This document shows positions 49,918-59,304 of a stretch of 64,000 nucleotides of DNA, piece after piece (within the stretch, counting starts at the first letter, position 1; each line of letters starts with the position of its first letter). The DNA comes from an uncultured Lachnospiraceae bacterium (GTDB lineage: Bacteria; Bacillota; Clostridia; Lachnospirales; Lachnospiraceae), in contig CADAIL010000007.1 of assembly GCA_902788035.1 (NCBI GenBank), positions 46,869 to 110,868 on the forward strand. Direction: 5' to 3'. A program made the position numbers and the translations under genes. The notes under the pieces were generated by a model. The model was not told the origin of the DNA and ran no database searches. It worked only from the letters and a program-made list of their open reading frames with translations.

Positions 49918-51225
49918 TTATCCTTTATAAAGGTTGCGTTTGTCAATAACGCGGACAGCTTTTCCTTCGGAACGGACGATGCTCTTCGGAGCGACAAGTT
50001 TGACATCCGCATGGATGCCCAGCATGGACTTGAGGCCGGCGACAAGCTCTCTCTCCTTCGCGGAGACCTTGGACAGCTCATCGGAGAACATCTCCGGAGT
50101 CATCTCCACACGAACTTCCAGCGAATCGCTGTTCTTATGACGATCTACGATAATCTGATAGTTGGCTGCATAGCCATGGTTCAGGAGGACTGTCTCGATC
50201 TGGGACGGGAATACGTTGACGCCCTTGACAATAAGCATGTCGTCAGAGCGGCCGAGCGGCTTCGTCATCTTTACAAATGTACGTCCGCAGGAGCACTTCT
50301 CTCTCGACAGGATGCAGATATCTTTCGTGCGATAGCGGAGAAGCGGGAACGCTTCCTTGGCAAATGCAGTAAATACGAGCTCACCCTTCTCTCCGTCCGG
50401 GAGTACTTCCCCTGTCTTAGGATCAATGACTTCGACAATAAAATAGTCCTCGTTGATATGCATGCCATCCTGATTTTCGCACTCGAACGCAACACCGGGA
50501 CCTGAGATCTCGGTCAGACCGTAAATATCATAGGCTTTGATGCCGAGAGTCTCCTCGATGTCACGGCGCATTTCCTCCGTCCATGCCTCAGCGCCGAAGA
50601 TTCCGGCTTTGAGGCGGATCTTATCCCGGACCCCTCTCTCATGGATAGACTCGCCGAGATACGCGGCATAGGACGGCGTGCAGCACAGAACTGTAGCTCC
50701 GAGATCTGTCATGAACTGGATCTGACGGTCCGTATTTCCCGAAGACATGGGCAGTGTCAGACAGCCCACCTTATGGGAACCGCCGTTGAGGCCAAATCCG
50801 CCGGTGAAGAGTCCGTAGCCGTAGCTGACCTGCACAACATCTTCTTCTGTCGCGCCGGCAGCGGTCAGTGCGCGCGCGCAGCACTCATCCCACAGATCAA
50901 TATCGTTTTGTGTATAGAAAGCGACGACACGGCGTCCCGTGGTTCCCGAAGTACTGTGGATGCGGACACAGTCAGAGAGCGGTCTTGCTAAAAGCCCGTA
51001 CGGATACGCGTCACGGAGGTCATCCTTTGTGAGGAACGGGAGCTTGTGGAGATCCTCGATACCTTTTATATCATCGGGGGTGACACCCTTCTTTTCCATC
51101 TTCTTTCGATAATAGGGAACGTTATCCCACACTCTTTTTACGCAGTCGACAAGACCTGCGTTCTGCCATTCAACGATCTGTTCCCGGGAAGCGGTCTCCT
51201 TCTCCGGTGAGAAATATTTGCTCAT
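49918..51225 (-). CDS. paaK: Phenylacetate--CoA ligase family protein
   Basis: HSTSGTTG, YGYGLFTGG, YDIYGLTE, LRYRTKD, GRSDDMLIVKGVNVFP. Confidence 0.92.
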   Translation of the reverse strand: MSKYFSPEKETASREQIVEWQNAGLVDCVKRVWDNVPYYRKKMEKKGVTPDDIKGIEDLHKLPFLTKDDLRDAYPYGLLARPLSDCVRIHSTSGTTGRRVVAFYTQNDIDLWDECCARALTAAGATEEDVVQVSYGYGLFTGGFGLNGGSHKVGCLTLPMSSGNTDRQIQFMTDLGATVLCCTPSYAAYLGESIHERGVRDKIRLKAGIFGAEAWTEEMRRDIEETLGIKAYDIYGLTEISGPGVAFECENQDGMHINEDYFIVEVIDPKTGEVLPDGEKGELVFTAFAKEAFPLLRYRTKDICILSREKCSCGRTFVKMTKPLGRSDDMLIVKGVNVFPSQIETVLLNHGYAANYQIIVDRHKNSDSLEVRVEMTPEMFSDELSKVSAKERELVAGLKSMLGIHADVKLVAPKSIVRSEGKAVRVIDKRNLYKG

Positions 51226-51543
51226 AATAATAGCTCCTCTCTATTAAGTACTCAGGCAGCCGCAAAAGACGATACTTTCTCACATCTGTCTGATATAAGT
51301 ACTGGATGAAATTTTACCACTTTAAAGTGGTGTAACGCAACAGTTAATTTGCATTTATAATAAATATATTTAAGCATATCCGCGAATTTGGCGGACGCAG
51401 GGAAATATTTATGCGTCCTCAAATGCGGTCCGCTCAAAGACATGTTTACTAACACTTAAAGATGCGTTATGATTGCTAAGACTTACCAATTGACAATACT
51501 CGGCTTATCGAGCGGTACCGAAATTATGTTTCATGAGGTGACA

Positions 51544-52266
51544 ATGGAAAACACGATCAGAATAACAGCCGGAGAGCTCCGGAATTTCTATACAGCCCTA
51601 CTCGCAAAACTTGACTTTGATGCTGCCAGAAGGCGGACACTGTCAGAGATCATACTGGCATCATCCGACTATAAGGCCGCCTCTGTTATTTTTGACCGGG
51701 TCACGTCCGGTCTCATAGATCCGAAAGCGCTGCCGGTCCATGCCGGAAAAAAACGCCGTTCGGTGATGATCGACGGCTCCCGCACCGAGCCTCATTTGAC
51801 ATGCCTTCTGGCTATGGAATGCGCATGTGAGACCGCAGCGGCCGAAGGAATCGGCATGGTCCTGGTCCGCGGGCTCCTGCCGGTCCGGCGGCTCAGGCTC
51901 TACGAGAAAGTCGCAGCCGCTCACGGTCTTGTCGCCGAAGTCAAAGAAGCTGTCTATGCGGATGAGACGGACGCAAAAATAACCCACAGCTTTTTAGCTG
52001 TGGATCCGGGGCACTTCGGAGACCGGGAAAGTCTCTCGCCGCTCCTTATTGAATTTGCTCAGAAAACCGGCAATGCAGGGATTCCGGGGCGCAGCGGAGT
52101 CGATCCTACGTTTGAAAATGAAGGCACTGCCCGCACCTATACGGGCAGTGTCAACGCAGTCTATAAAAATAAAGATCTCATCGCGGTCCCGTCCTCGGTC
52201 ATTGACGAGTGGAACGAGATTGCAGCCGCGCTGGAGATAAAATCTCCGCTGATTGAAAACGATTAA
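51544..52266 (+). CDS. Shortened, degenerate Ldh_2 (malate/L-lactate/ureidoglycolate dehydrogenase type 2) fold protein
   Basis: ELRNF, GLIDPKA.P, IDG, AMECA..A...GIG.VLVR, FLAVDPGHF, IPG match the family scaffold; 240 aa; RBS GAGGTG. Confidence 0.65.
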   Translation: MENTIRITAGELRNFYTALLAKLDFDAARRRTLSEIILASSDYKAASVIFDRVTSGLIDPKALPVHAGKKRRSVMIDGSRTEPHLTCLLAMECACETAAAEGIGMVLVRGLLPVRRLRLYEKVAAAHGLVAEVKEAVYADETDAKITHSFLAVDPGHFGDRESLSPLLIEFAQKTGNAGIPGRSGVDPTFENEGTARTYTGSVNAVYKNKDLIAVPSSVIDEWNEIAAALEIKSPLIEND

Positions 52267-52685
52267 TCCTCCAGCGTTTCTTTGCCAAAACCGTACGGAA
52301 GCAGCTCACCGAGGGTGAGCTCTTTTGTTTCTTCCGGGGATCTCGCAAGGACCACGGTAAAAGTATCGGGATCGCAGAATTCCCTGAGAACCTGACGGCA
52401 GACACCGCAGGGCGGGCAGAAATCGGTGACTTCGCCTTCCTTTCCGCCGACGACACAGATGGCCGTAAAATCCCGATCGCCGCACGCGACCGCGCGGAAG
52501 ACAGCGGTCCTTTCCGCACAGTTCGACGGGCCGTAAGCAGCGTTTTCGACGTTGCAGCCCCCGTACAGCATACCATTTGCACTCAAAAGAGCCGCGCCGA
52601 CTTTAAAATGGCTGTAGGGGGCATATGAGTACTCCAGCATCCTGAAGGCTTCTGCGACCATTTCCTTTTTGACCTGTTCGTTCAT
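52263..52685 (-). CDS. cdd: Cytidine deaminase
   Basis: YAPYSHFKVGAA, NVENAAY, CAERTA, PCGVCRQ. Confidence 0.96.
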   Translation of the reverse strand: MNEQVKKEMVAEAFRMLEYSYAPYSHFKVGAALLSANGMLYGGCNVENAAYGPSNCAERTAVFRAVACGDRDFTAICVVGGKEGEVTDFCPPCGVCRQVLREFCDPDTFTVVLARSPEETKELTLGELLPYGFGKETLED

Positions 52686-52699
52686 AAATGTCTCCCGGT

Positions 52700-53422
52700 T
52701 CAGATAGCGGTCTCGAGCGCAAGCTCCATCATCTTCGTAAAGGTCTTCTGGCGATCCTCGGCACTCAGTTCCTTCCCTGAATAGATTTCATCGGAAATTG
52801 TAAAAATGGCGAGAGCTTTCTTGTTCCAGCGGGCAGCGTTCATATAGAGGGCTGCCGCTTCCATCTCAAGACAGATGATACCCATCTTGCTCCAGATTTC
52901 GGGAACATCCCTGTCCATGTTGTAGAATACATCCTCAGACAGGCAGTTGCCTACAACGATGTCCGTGCCAAGCCTCTCGGCGGTCTTCGCGCATTTATAG
53001 AGAAGATCCCAGGAAGCGATTGCTGAGAAATGTCCGTTAAGGCAATACTGGTCCTGCCATGACGAGGTCGTGCTTGCTCCCTCCGCCACAACTATGTCGT
53101 TGATGTGGACGTTCTCATTGATCGAACCGGCTGAGCCGATGCGGATCAGGTTCTCGCACCCATAATAATTAAAAAGTTCAAATGAGTAAATGCCTATGGA
53201 CGGCATACCCATTCCGCTGCCCATGACGGAAACTTCTTTTCCCTTATAGGTCCCGGTATATCCGAGGATATTCCGGACTCCGTTCACAAGACGCGCGTTT
53301 TCAAGAAAGTTTTCGGCAATAAACTTCGCTCTCAGCGGATCTCCCGGTAAAAGGCATGTCTTTGCGAAGTCTCCCGGCATCGCTGAATTGTGCGGGGTAG
53401 GTGTGTGTGCGCAATGAGCCAT
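52700..53422 (-). CDS. deoD: Purine nucleoside phosphorylase (DeoD type)
   Basis: TPHN, PGDPLRAKFIA, GMGMPS.GIY, RIGSAG, EMEAA, FTISD. Confidence 0.95.
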   Translation of the reverse strand: MAHCAHTPTPHNSAMPGDFAKTCLLPGDPLRAKFIAENFLENARLVNGVRNILGYTGTYKGKEVSVMGSGMGMPSIGIYSFELFNYYGCENLIRIGSAGSINENVHINDIVVAEGASTTSSWQDQYCLNGHFSAIASWDLLYKCAKTAERLGTDIVVGNCLSEDVFYNMDRDVPEIWSKMGIICLEMEAAALYMNAARWNKKALAIFTISDEIYSGKELSAEDRQKTFTKMMELALETAI

Positions 53423-53476
53423 AGTCTCCTCCTTTCATATCCAACCATGATCTCCAGGCAGATCATGCATTTATCT

Positions 53477-54235
53477 CTACAGATCTTTTATCGCTTCTAT
53501 TGCGACCCTGATGCACAGGTCAGTGTCGCGCACGACCGGATTTTCAAGCCCCAGCTTTGCTCTCTCCTGATTGGCCATGACCAGCATAACCGCACCGACA
53601 CGGACATGTCTTGCAGCACCGGCAATAAAAAGAGTCGAGCTCTCCATCTCGGAGCCGAGACACCCCATTCTGACCCAGGCATCCCATTTGTTCATAAGTT
53701 CATAGGAAACCGGCATCTTCTCCGGCTCGTGCTGTCCGTAAAAAGCATCCTTGCACTGCACGACGCCCACATGATACGGGACATCGAGAGTCTTCGCCGC
53801 CCGCACCAGAGCTGTGGTGACCTCAAAATCCGCTGCCGCGGGGTACTCGATCGGAGCATATTCGCGGCTTGTGCCGTCCATGCGCACTGCCGCCGTCGCA
53901 ACTATCACGTCGCCGCTCTTCACATTCGTCTGCATACCGCCGCATGTACCGACGCGGATAAACGTATGCGCGCCGCACCGGACAAGTTCCTCGAGGGCGA
54001 TGGCTGCGGACGGACCGCCGATGCCGGTCGACGTGACTGACACTTTCTTTCCGGCGACGGTACCTGTATAGGTAATATACTCCCTGTTGTCCGCGATGAG
54101 GACCGGATCATCAAAATACTTTGCAATCTTTGCGCAGCGCTTCGGGTCACCCGGCAGTATGACAATCTCGCCGACCTCCCCGGGGGCTACCTGAATGTGA
54201 TACAGCTTTTCTTTGTCTGCCGAATAATTAATCAT
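53477..54235 (-). CDS. udp: Uridine phosphorylase
   Basis: [37 protein letters not shown]; start refined to MINYS. Confidence 0.93.
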   Translation of the reverse strand: MINYSADKEKLYHIQVAPGEVGEIVILPGDPKRCAKIAKYFDDPVLIADNREYITYTGTVAGKKVSVTSTGIGGPSAAIALEELVRCGAHTFIRVGTCGGMQTNVKSGDVIVATAAVRMDGTSREYAPIEYPAAADFEVTTALVRAAKTLDVPYHVGVVQCKDAFYGQHEPEKMPVSYELMNKWDAWVRMGCLGSEMESSTLFIAGAARHVRVGAVMLVMANQERAKLGLENPVVRDTDLCIRVAIEAIKDL

Positions 54236-54247
54236 TTGCACCTCCGT

Positions 54248-54658
54248 TTATCTTCCAAATGCCAGTACGGTAATCGCAAGGCAGATGACTCCGATCGGAA
54301 TCATGACAATTGCCTTTCCGACGCCGTTAAACCTGTTGATTCTGAAAATATCCGGGTGATAAATATGCTTCCATATCGTGTATGTCTCCCCCGGCACGTA
54401 AGCCTGGGCGTCCTTGACGCTGAACTTATCCTCCGATACGCCCGGCGCTTCCACTCCGTGTATTTTTATCTTGAACAGCAGCTGCCTTCTCTCTGTCTCT
54501 TTTCCTATGGCTTTTTTATTTCTGACCGGCTTCTCGAAGACTCCTTCATCTCTGACTTTATAGAAAAAGAATGGCTGGATAATGAAATTCATTCCGCCCA
54601 TGATCATAATGATCGAGATAAACAGAAGCAAAAAACCTACTGACTGAAATAAATCCAT
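54248..54658 (-). CDS. Hypothetical two-TM membrane protein
   Basis: Hydrophobic N- and C-terminal segments around a soluble loop; RBS GAGAGGT. Confidence 0.65.
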   Translation of the reverse strand: MDLFQSVGFLLLFISIIMIMGGMNFIIQPFFFYKVRDEGVFEKPVRNKKAIGKETERRQLLFKIKIHGVEAPGVSEDKFSVKDAQAYVPGETYTIWKHIYHPDIFRINRFNGVGKAIVMIPIGVICLAITVLAFGR

Positions 54659-54972
54659 AAAATACCTCTCTCATACCGCGGCATCGCTGCGCGGTAATGT
54701 TTCTTCATATATGTTCATTATTATCGCATATGTTTCCGGTCATGCCTACAAAAAAGCATGCAAAAAAAGCAGCCGGATCCGCTTTTTAGAATTTCATCTC
54801 AAAATTTTTATTTTTACTTTATAAATTTTATATTTTTTTCAGGTCACGTACAAATTCGTTTCACATTTAGCCTGTATAGTATACATCAGATAGAGAAACA
54901 ACCACTCACTATCTCCCCCCTCATTAAGAATAAGAGAGAGAGACCTGCAAGGGTCTCTTTTTCTTATGTCTT

Positions 54973-55019
54973 ATATCTCAGTGAGAACCCGCGCAAGTCT
55001 CGACGAGCGGGACTTGAAC
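54973..55019 (+). repeat. Family B internally deleted copy
   Basis: TATCTCAGTG..CCCGCGCAAGTCTCGACGAGCGGGACTTGAAC, adjacent to the nth stop codon. Confidence 0.7.
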
Positions 55020-55020
55020 T

Positions 55021-55653
55021 TCAGATATTCTTAGCGCATATCTCAGAAAGGCAGCACCTGTCACAGTATGGCCTGGTTCTTGCCGTGCACACTTCCCTGC
55101 CGTGCAGCACGAACCTGTGACAGAGAGCATTTCCCTCCTCCGGAGGGACAATTTTCCACAGAGCCATCTCTACCTTCTTCGGGTCCTTTATTCCGTCCAC
55201 AAGACCGATTCTGTTCGAAAGCCTTATACAGTGTGTATCAGTAACAATGGCCGGCTTTCCGAATACATCTCCCATAATGAGGTTCGCGCTTTTTCTGCCC
55301 ACTCCGGGCAGCTTCAGCAGTTCGTCAAATGAATCCGGCACCTTTCCCTGATACTTGTCACGCAAAATCCGCATGCAGGCGCTTATGTCTCTGGCTTTAC
55401 TCCTGCCGAGACCGCACGGGCGGACTATCTCCTCGATCTCTTCCGGTGTCGCTTCCGCCAGCGCATTCACATCCGGGTATTTTTTATACAGATCTTCGAC
55501 GATCACATTGACCCTTGCGTCAGTGCACTGGGCTGCCAGCCGCACGCTGACAAGCAGCTTCCACGCCTCATCATAATCCAGCGTACAGTCGGCATCCGGG
55601 TATTCCGCAGCAAGCAGTTTTATGACCTCCAATGTAAGTTTTTTCTTATCCAT
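55021..55653 (-). CDS. nth: Endonuclease III
   Basis: Start refined to MDKKKL; LAAQCTD, LPGVGRKSAN (HhH), VTDTH, C..TRPYC..C 4Fe-4S motif. Confidence 0.95.
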   Translation of the reverse strand: MDKKKLTLEVIKLLAAEYPDADCTLDYDEAWKLLVSVRLAAQCTDARVNVIVEDLYKKYPDVNALAEATPEEIEEIVRPCGLGRSKARDISACMRILRDKYQGKVPDSFDELLKLPGVGRKSANLIMGDVFGKPAIVTDTHCIRLSNRIGLVDGIKDPKKVEMALWKIVPPEEGNALCHRFVLHGREVCTARTRPYCDRCCLSEICAKNI

Positions 55654-55773
55654 GCCAATACTCCTTTTCACTCCCGGTATTATACCACAGGATTGCCCCT
55701 CTGTCACTTTGCGCGCGTATCTCACGACTGTCTCCGACTGTCTAAAGTCACGGGCATTGCGCGATGAAGATAA

Positions 55774-55970
55774 AACAGTTAGGCAGACTTATTATGCAGT
55801 TCGTTACCGGCAGCAAAGCATCCATCTTCGTGAGAAAAACATTGTCGGTCCGACTGAGAGATCAGCAATGCGTATGCATTGCTAAGCTCGGAGGGCAGGA
55901 CCGACGTTTTTCGATGAAGATGATGTTTGCGGCCGGTTATGGAACCCCGTCGCAGCCTGTCCGAACGGTT
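55774..55970 (+). repeat. Family A element, copy 4 (decayed terminal IR)
   Basis: Internal arms CCGGCAGCAAAGCATCCATCTTCGTGAGAAAAACATTG / CGTTTTTCGATGAAGATGATGTTTGCGGCCGG intact; ends AACAGTTAGGCAG / GCAGCCTGTCCGAACGGTT. Confidence 0.85.
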
Positions 55971-56172
55971 AGCCATTGTATCGAAAAGATGCGAATTTAT
56001 CATATAAACACCCCTTCATTTGTGGAAAACAGCGGACTTTTTCCAAACCACTTGACAGTCGCCATGTTTTAGTGTATACATGTGTCTTGTCAGTAGTAAA
56101 CACATCTGTTGACAGCAAAAGGGTAAAACCACCGAACAATACATCTGCTTTCCAAAAAGGAGGAAACTGATC

Positions 56173-57264
56173 ATGAATAAATTCAAAGCTTTCCTTAAGC
56201 GCAAGGACATTGAGATCTCTGTCAAACGCTACCTGATCGACGCGCTCGGCGCAATGGCACAGGGTCTCTTCTGCTCATTGCTCATCGGAACCATAATCAA
56301 CACGATCGGTTCGCAGTTTCACATCGGTTTCCTTACAACACCGGTCGCTACCGTAGCGGGAGCTGAGTACACTGTCGGAGGTCTGGCAACCGCAATGAGC
56401 GGTCCCGCGATGGCAGTCGCCATCGGATCTGCCCTTCACTGCCCGCCTCTCGTACTATTCTCACTGATCACAGTGGGATTTGCATCCAACGCCCTCGGCG
56501 GAGCAGGCGGCCCGCTGGCAGTCCTCTTTATCGCTATTATCGCGTCTGAAATCGGAAAAATGGTTTCGAAAGAAACAAGAGTAGATATTCTTGTCACCCC
56601 GCTCGTGACCATCGGGGTAGGCGTCGCGCTCTCCGCATGGTGGGCTCCCGCCCTCGGCACAGCCGCAATGCACGTAGGAGATTTCATCATGTGGGCTACA
56701 GAACTGCAGCCGTTCCTCATGGGCATGCTGGTCTCACTCGTCGTCGGCGTAGCCCTGACTCTGCCGATTTCCTCGGCTGCAATCTGCGCAGCCCTCGGTC
56801 TTACCGGTCTCGCGGGCGGCGCTGCCGTTGCGGGATGCTGCGCACAGATGGTCGGATTTGCAGTCATGTCCTTCCCTGAGAACAAATGGGGCGGTCTCGT
56901 CTCCCAGGGCATCGGCACATCCATGCTGCAGATGGGCAATATCGTCAAGAACCCCCGCATCTGGATCGCTCCCTGCATCACAAGCATGATCACAGGACCG
57001 ATCGCGACATGTGTTTTCCGACTTCAGATGAACGGTGCTGCAGTCAGCTCCGGCATGGGAACCTGCGGTCTGGTCGGTCAGATCGGTGTCTATACAGGCT
57101 GGCTTAATGATATTGCACAGGGCACAAAGGCTGCTATCACAGCTTCCGACTGGATCGGTCTCATCATGATCAGCTTCATTCTGCCGGCGATTCTCTGCCC
57201 GCTCATCAACTCTGCGCTGAACCGCATCGGATGGGTCAAGGCCGGCGATCTTGCCCTCTCCTGA
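56173..57264 (+). CDS. Orphan PTS EIIC-like membrane protein (PTS_EIIC_2 type)
   Basis: YLIDALGAMAQGLF.SL.IG, LTLPISSAA, GCCAQMVGF, GTSMLQM.NI, GMGTCGLVG. Confidence 0.85.
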   Translation: MNKFKAFLKRKDIEISVKRYLIDALGAMAQGLFCSLLIGTIINTIGSQFHIGFLTTPVATVAGAEYTVGGLATAMSGPAMAVAIGSALHCPPLVLFSLITVGFASNALGGAGGPLAVLFIAIIASEIGKMVSKETRVDILVTPLVTIGVGVALSAWWAPALGTAAMHVGDFIMWATELQPFLMGMLVSLVVGVALTLPISSAAICAALGLTGLAGGAAVAGCCAQMVGFAVMSFPENKWGGLVSQGIGTSMLQMGNIVKNPRIWIAPCITSMITGPIATCVFRLQMNGAAVSSGMGTCGLVGQIGVYTGWLNDIAQGTKAAITASDWIGLIMISFILPAILCPLINSALNRIGWVKAGDLALS

Positions 57265-57333
57265 GACTCATCCTGCACCGGGATCAATCGACACTCTTCG
57301 CCTGATAATTGCGGAGATCACAATAATATGAAC

Positions 57334-57387
57334 TTCCCTCCATTTCGCGTCTAAGATATGAGGCGCGAAATGGAGGGGACTTTTTCG
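57334..57387 (+). terminator. Intrinsic terminator after the EIIC-like gene
   Basis: CCCTCCATTTCGCG-(loop)-CGCGAAATGGAGGG followed by ACTTTTT. Confidence 0.7.
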
Positions 57388-57504
57388 TTTACGTTGCAGA
57401 CAAATTGTTTGCACAATATTATATATGACAAACTGTTTTCAATTTTGTACAATGAATTTTACATAATACCTTGAAATACAAAGTCCATAAAGAGTATTAT
57501 AAGA

Positions 57505-57687
57505 GTGGTTTCAATAGATTATCACAAACATTGGTGTATACTTAGGCATCAGAGACCACACGGTTTTTCGGAAGTGCCAGGCCACATAAATATTATAACT
57601 AACTTTGCTTACGCACCCGAGCGAAAAACCCCTTGCCCGGCGTAAGAGCAGCCCGTCCAATCATATGGACGGGCCGCTTTAGTTTTT
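57505..57687 (+). ncRNA. Candidate ~180-nt small RNA
   Basis: TTGAAA-18-TATTAT promoter (57471..57500), hairpins, plus-strand terminator GCCCGTCCA/TGGACGGGC + T-tract, no RBS-led ORF. Confidence 0.4.
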
Positions 57688-57723
57688 GGGTAAGCCCCCG
57701 CATCTAAGGTAACGGGTCATATC

Positions 57724-59304
57724 TCAAAGGCGATCATCTGAATGTTTTTCTCCGGTGAACCAGCTCCGAATAAGGTACGTCGGCGTACAGCTCCACGCAT
57801 GGCAATAGCTGTTGATGATAGCACCTCCGTAGGGGGAGTCGTCTGGGTGCTCCGGATCCCAGGCTTCCCAGAATGTATCGGCACCGGTCTCCATCATGCT
57901 TCCCCAGTAGGCCTTCATATGCTCGAGTGCTTTCTCCTTAAGACCGACACGAAGCAGCGCGCTCACATAATAGTGATGCATATAGGGTGTCTTCATCGGG
58001 AAGCAGTCGAAGAACTCCTCCGACCTCTCCATCAGCGCCCTGGCCTCATCCGGATGCAGCACATCCGCAAGCACCATCCAGGTCTGTGTGATAACAGATG
58101 CCTCACCGCCGGAGACAAAGCACTTCCTTTCTTCATCATAATAAGCCGTTCTTGCTACCCGCTTCAGCCTTTCAAGCTGTTCGTCAAGCCACGATGACTG
58201 GGACCAGTCATTCTTTCTTCTAGCCAGTCTTCTCGCATAGCGCAGAGCATAGATCAGGACCGCGAGGGCACCCGCGCTCTTGTTCATTTCCTCGTTCCAG
58301 TCGAGGAATGCATTTGCAGCCCTTTCCTTTTCAATAGTTCCATCAAACTCAAGATAGCGGAGAGTTATCTCGATCTGCTGCATCGCGATGTCATAGAGGT
58401 CTTTCAGAGTTTCCTCATCGTTCGTCTGCTGCATATACTCCTCGAGAGCGACAACAAAGAACAGCGAATAGTCGAAAAGCCAGGTATCGTCGGCCTCGAC
58501 CGTGGGTTTAGTGAACAGACAGGCTGCAATTCTTCCGTCAGGGAACCGGCTGCCTGCGAAGAGATACAGGCATCTGCGGACAAGGTCATAGTTTCGGAAC
58601 GTGCAGTAATTGGCCAGTGCCTGAAGGCGCAGATCGCCCATCCAGAGACGCTGATCGCGCTTCGGACCGTCCTCGAAAACATCCTGCATGCAGTTCTGCA
58701 AGGTCCTCAGGCTGATCTCATCCATTTTCTGAAGGAACGGGTCCGGATGAGTGCACGGAGTCAGCTTCCGCATATCAGCGGATGTCACAGTCTTGCACTC
58801 GGCGTTGCGGACGACAAGCTTATACTTGACGGACGTATCCATCGTCGTGATCTTCAGATATCGGAACGCATGCCGTCTGGGTAGCTCCACCACAGCGGGA
58901 AGCACGTCAACGTGGATGTATTCCTCCTGGATCCAGCTCTGTGAGATCCACCCGCTGTAGTCCTCGGAGTTTTCCGCCAGTTCTTTATATGTTTCGGCAA
59001 ATTTCAGCTTCAGATAGGCAGGCGCATCCGGATGACTTCCGGTGTAGGTGAATTCAAGCGTAACGTTTCCGACCAGATGCGTGCCGAAATCGAGACAAAG
59101 ATTCTCCCCCTTTCCCATCGCAAGATGATGCACTCTATGCATTTCTATTTCTTCAGCCTCCGGGCTGTATCTGTCCTTCAGAACGAAGGCACCGACCGGC
59201 TCCACGATCCGGTGATGCAGGATCGGACGAAGCTTTTCTGCAGTGTCAAGGAGTTTCGCGTTATTGAGCGGATGAAAATCCTGAATAATACTTATGAGTG
59301 CCAT
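57724..59304 (-). CDS. Alpha-L-rhamnosidase-like six-hairpin glycoside hydrolase (GH78-like)
   Basis: LDFG, RHAFRYL, DGPKRDQRLWMGD, GADTFWEAWDP, SYCHAWS. Confidence 0.85.
   Translation of the reverse strand: MALISIIQDFHPLNNAKLLDTAEKLRPILHHRIVEPVGAFVLKDRYSPEAEEIEMHRVHHLAMGKGENLCLDFGTHLVGNVTLEFTYTGSHPDAPAYLKLKFAETYKELAENSEDYSGWISQSWIQEEYIHVDVLPAVVELPRRHAFRYLKITTMDTSVKYKLVVRNAECKTVTSADMRKLTPCTHPDPFLQKMDEISLRTLQNCMQDVFEDGPKRDQRLWMGDLRLQALANYCTFRNYDLVRRCLYLFAGSRFPDGRIAACLFTKPTVEADDTWLFDYSLFFVVALEEYMQQTNDEETLKDLYDIAMQQIEITLRYLEFDGTIEKERAANAFLDWNEEMNKSAGALAVLIYALRYARRLARRKNDWSQSSWLDEQLERLKRVARTAYYDEERKCFVSGGEASVITQTWMVLADVLHPDEARALMERSEEFFDCFPMKTPYMHHYYVSALLRVGLKEKALEHMKAYWGSMMETGADTFWEAWDPEHPDDSPYGGAIINSYCHAWSCTPTYLIRSWFTGEKHSDDRL

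Noticed and set aside
57574-57645. Pistol-ribozyme-like GTG-CCAGGC-CAC-ATAAAT
   Set aside because: P1 is too short, the pseudoknot partner is mismatched and too distant, and there is no P2/P3 arrangement.
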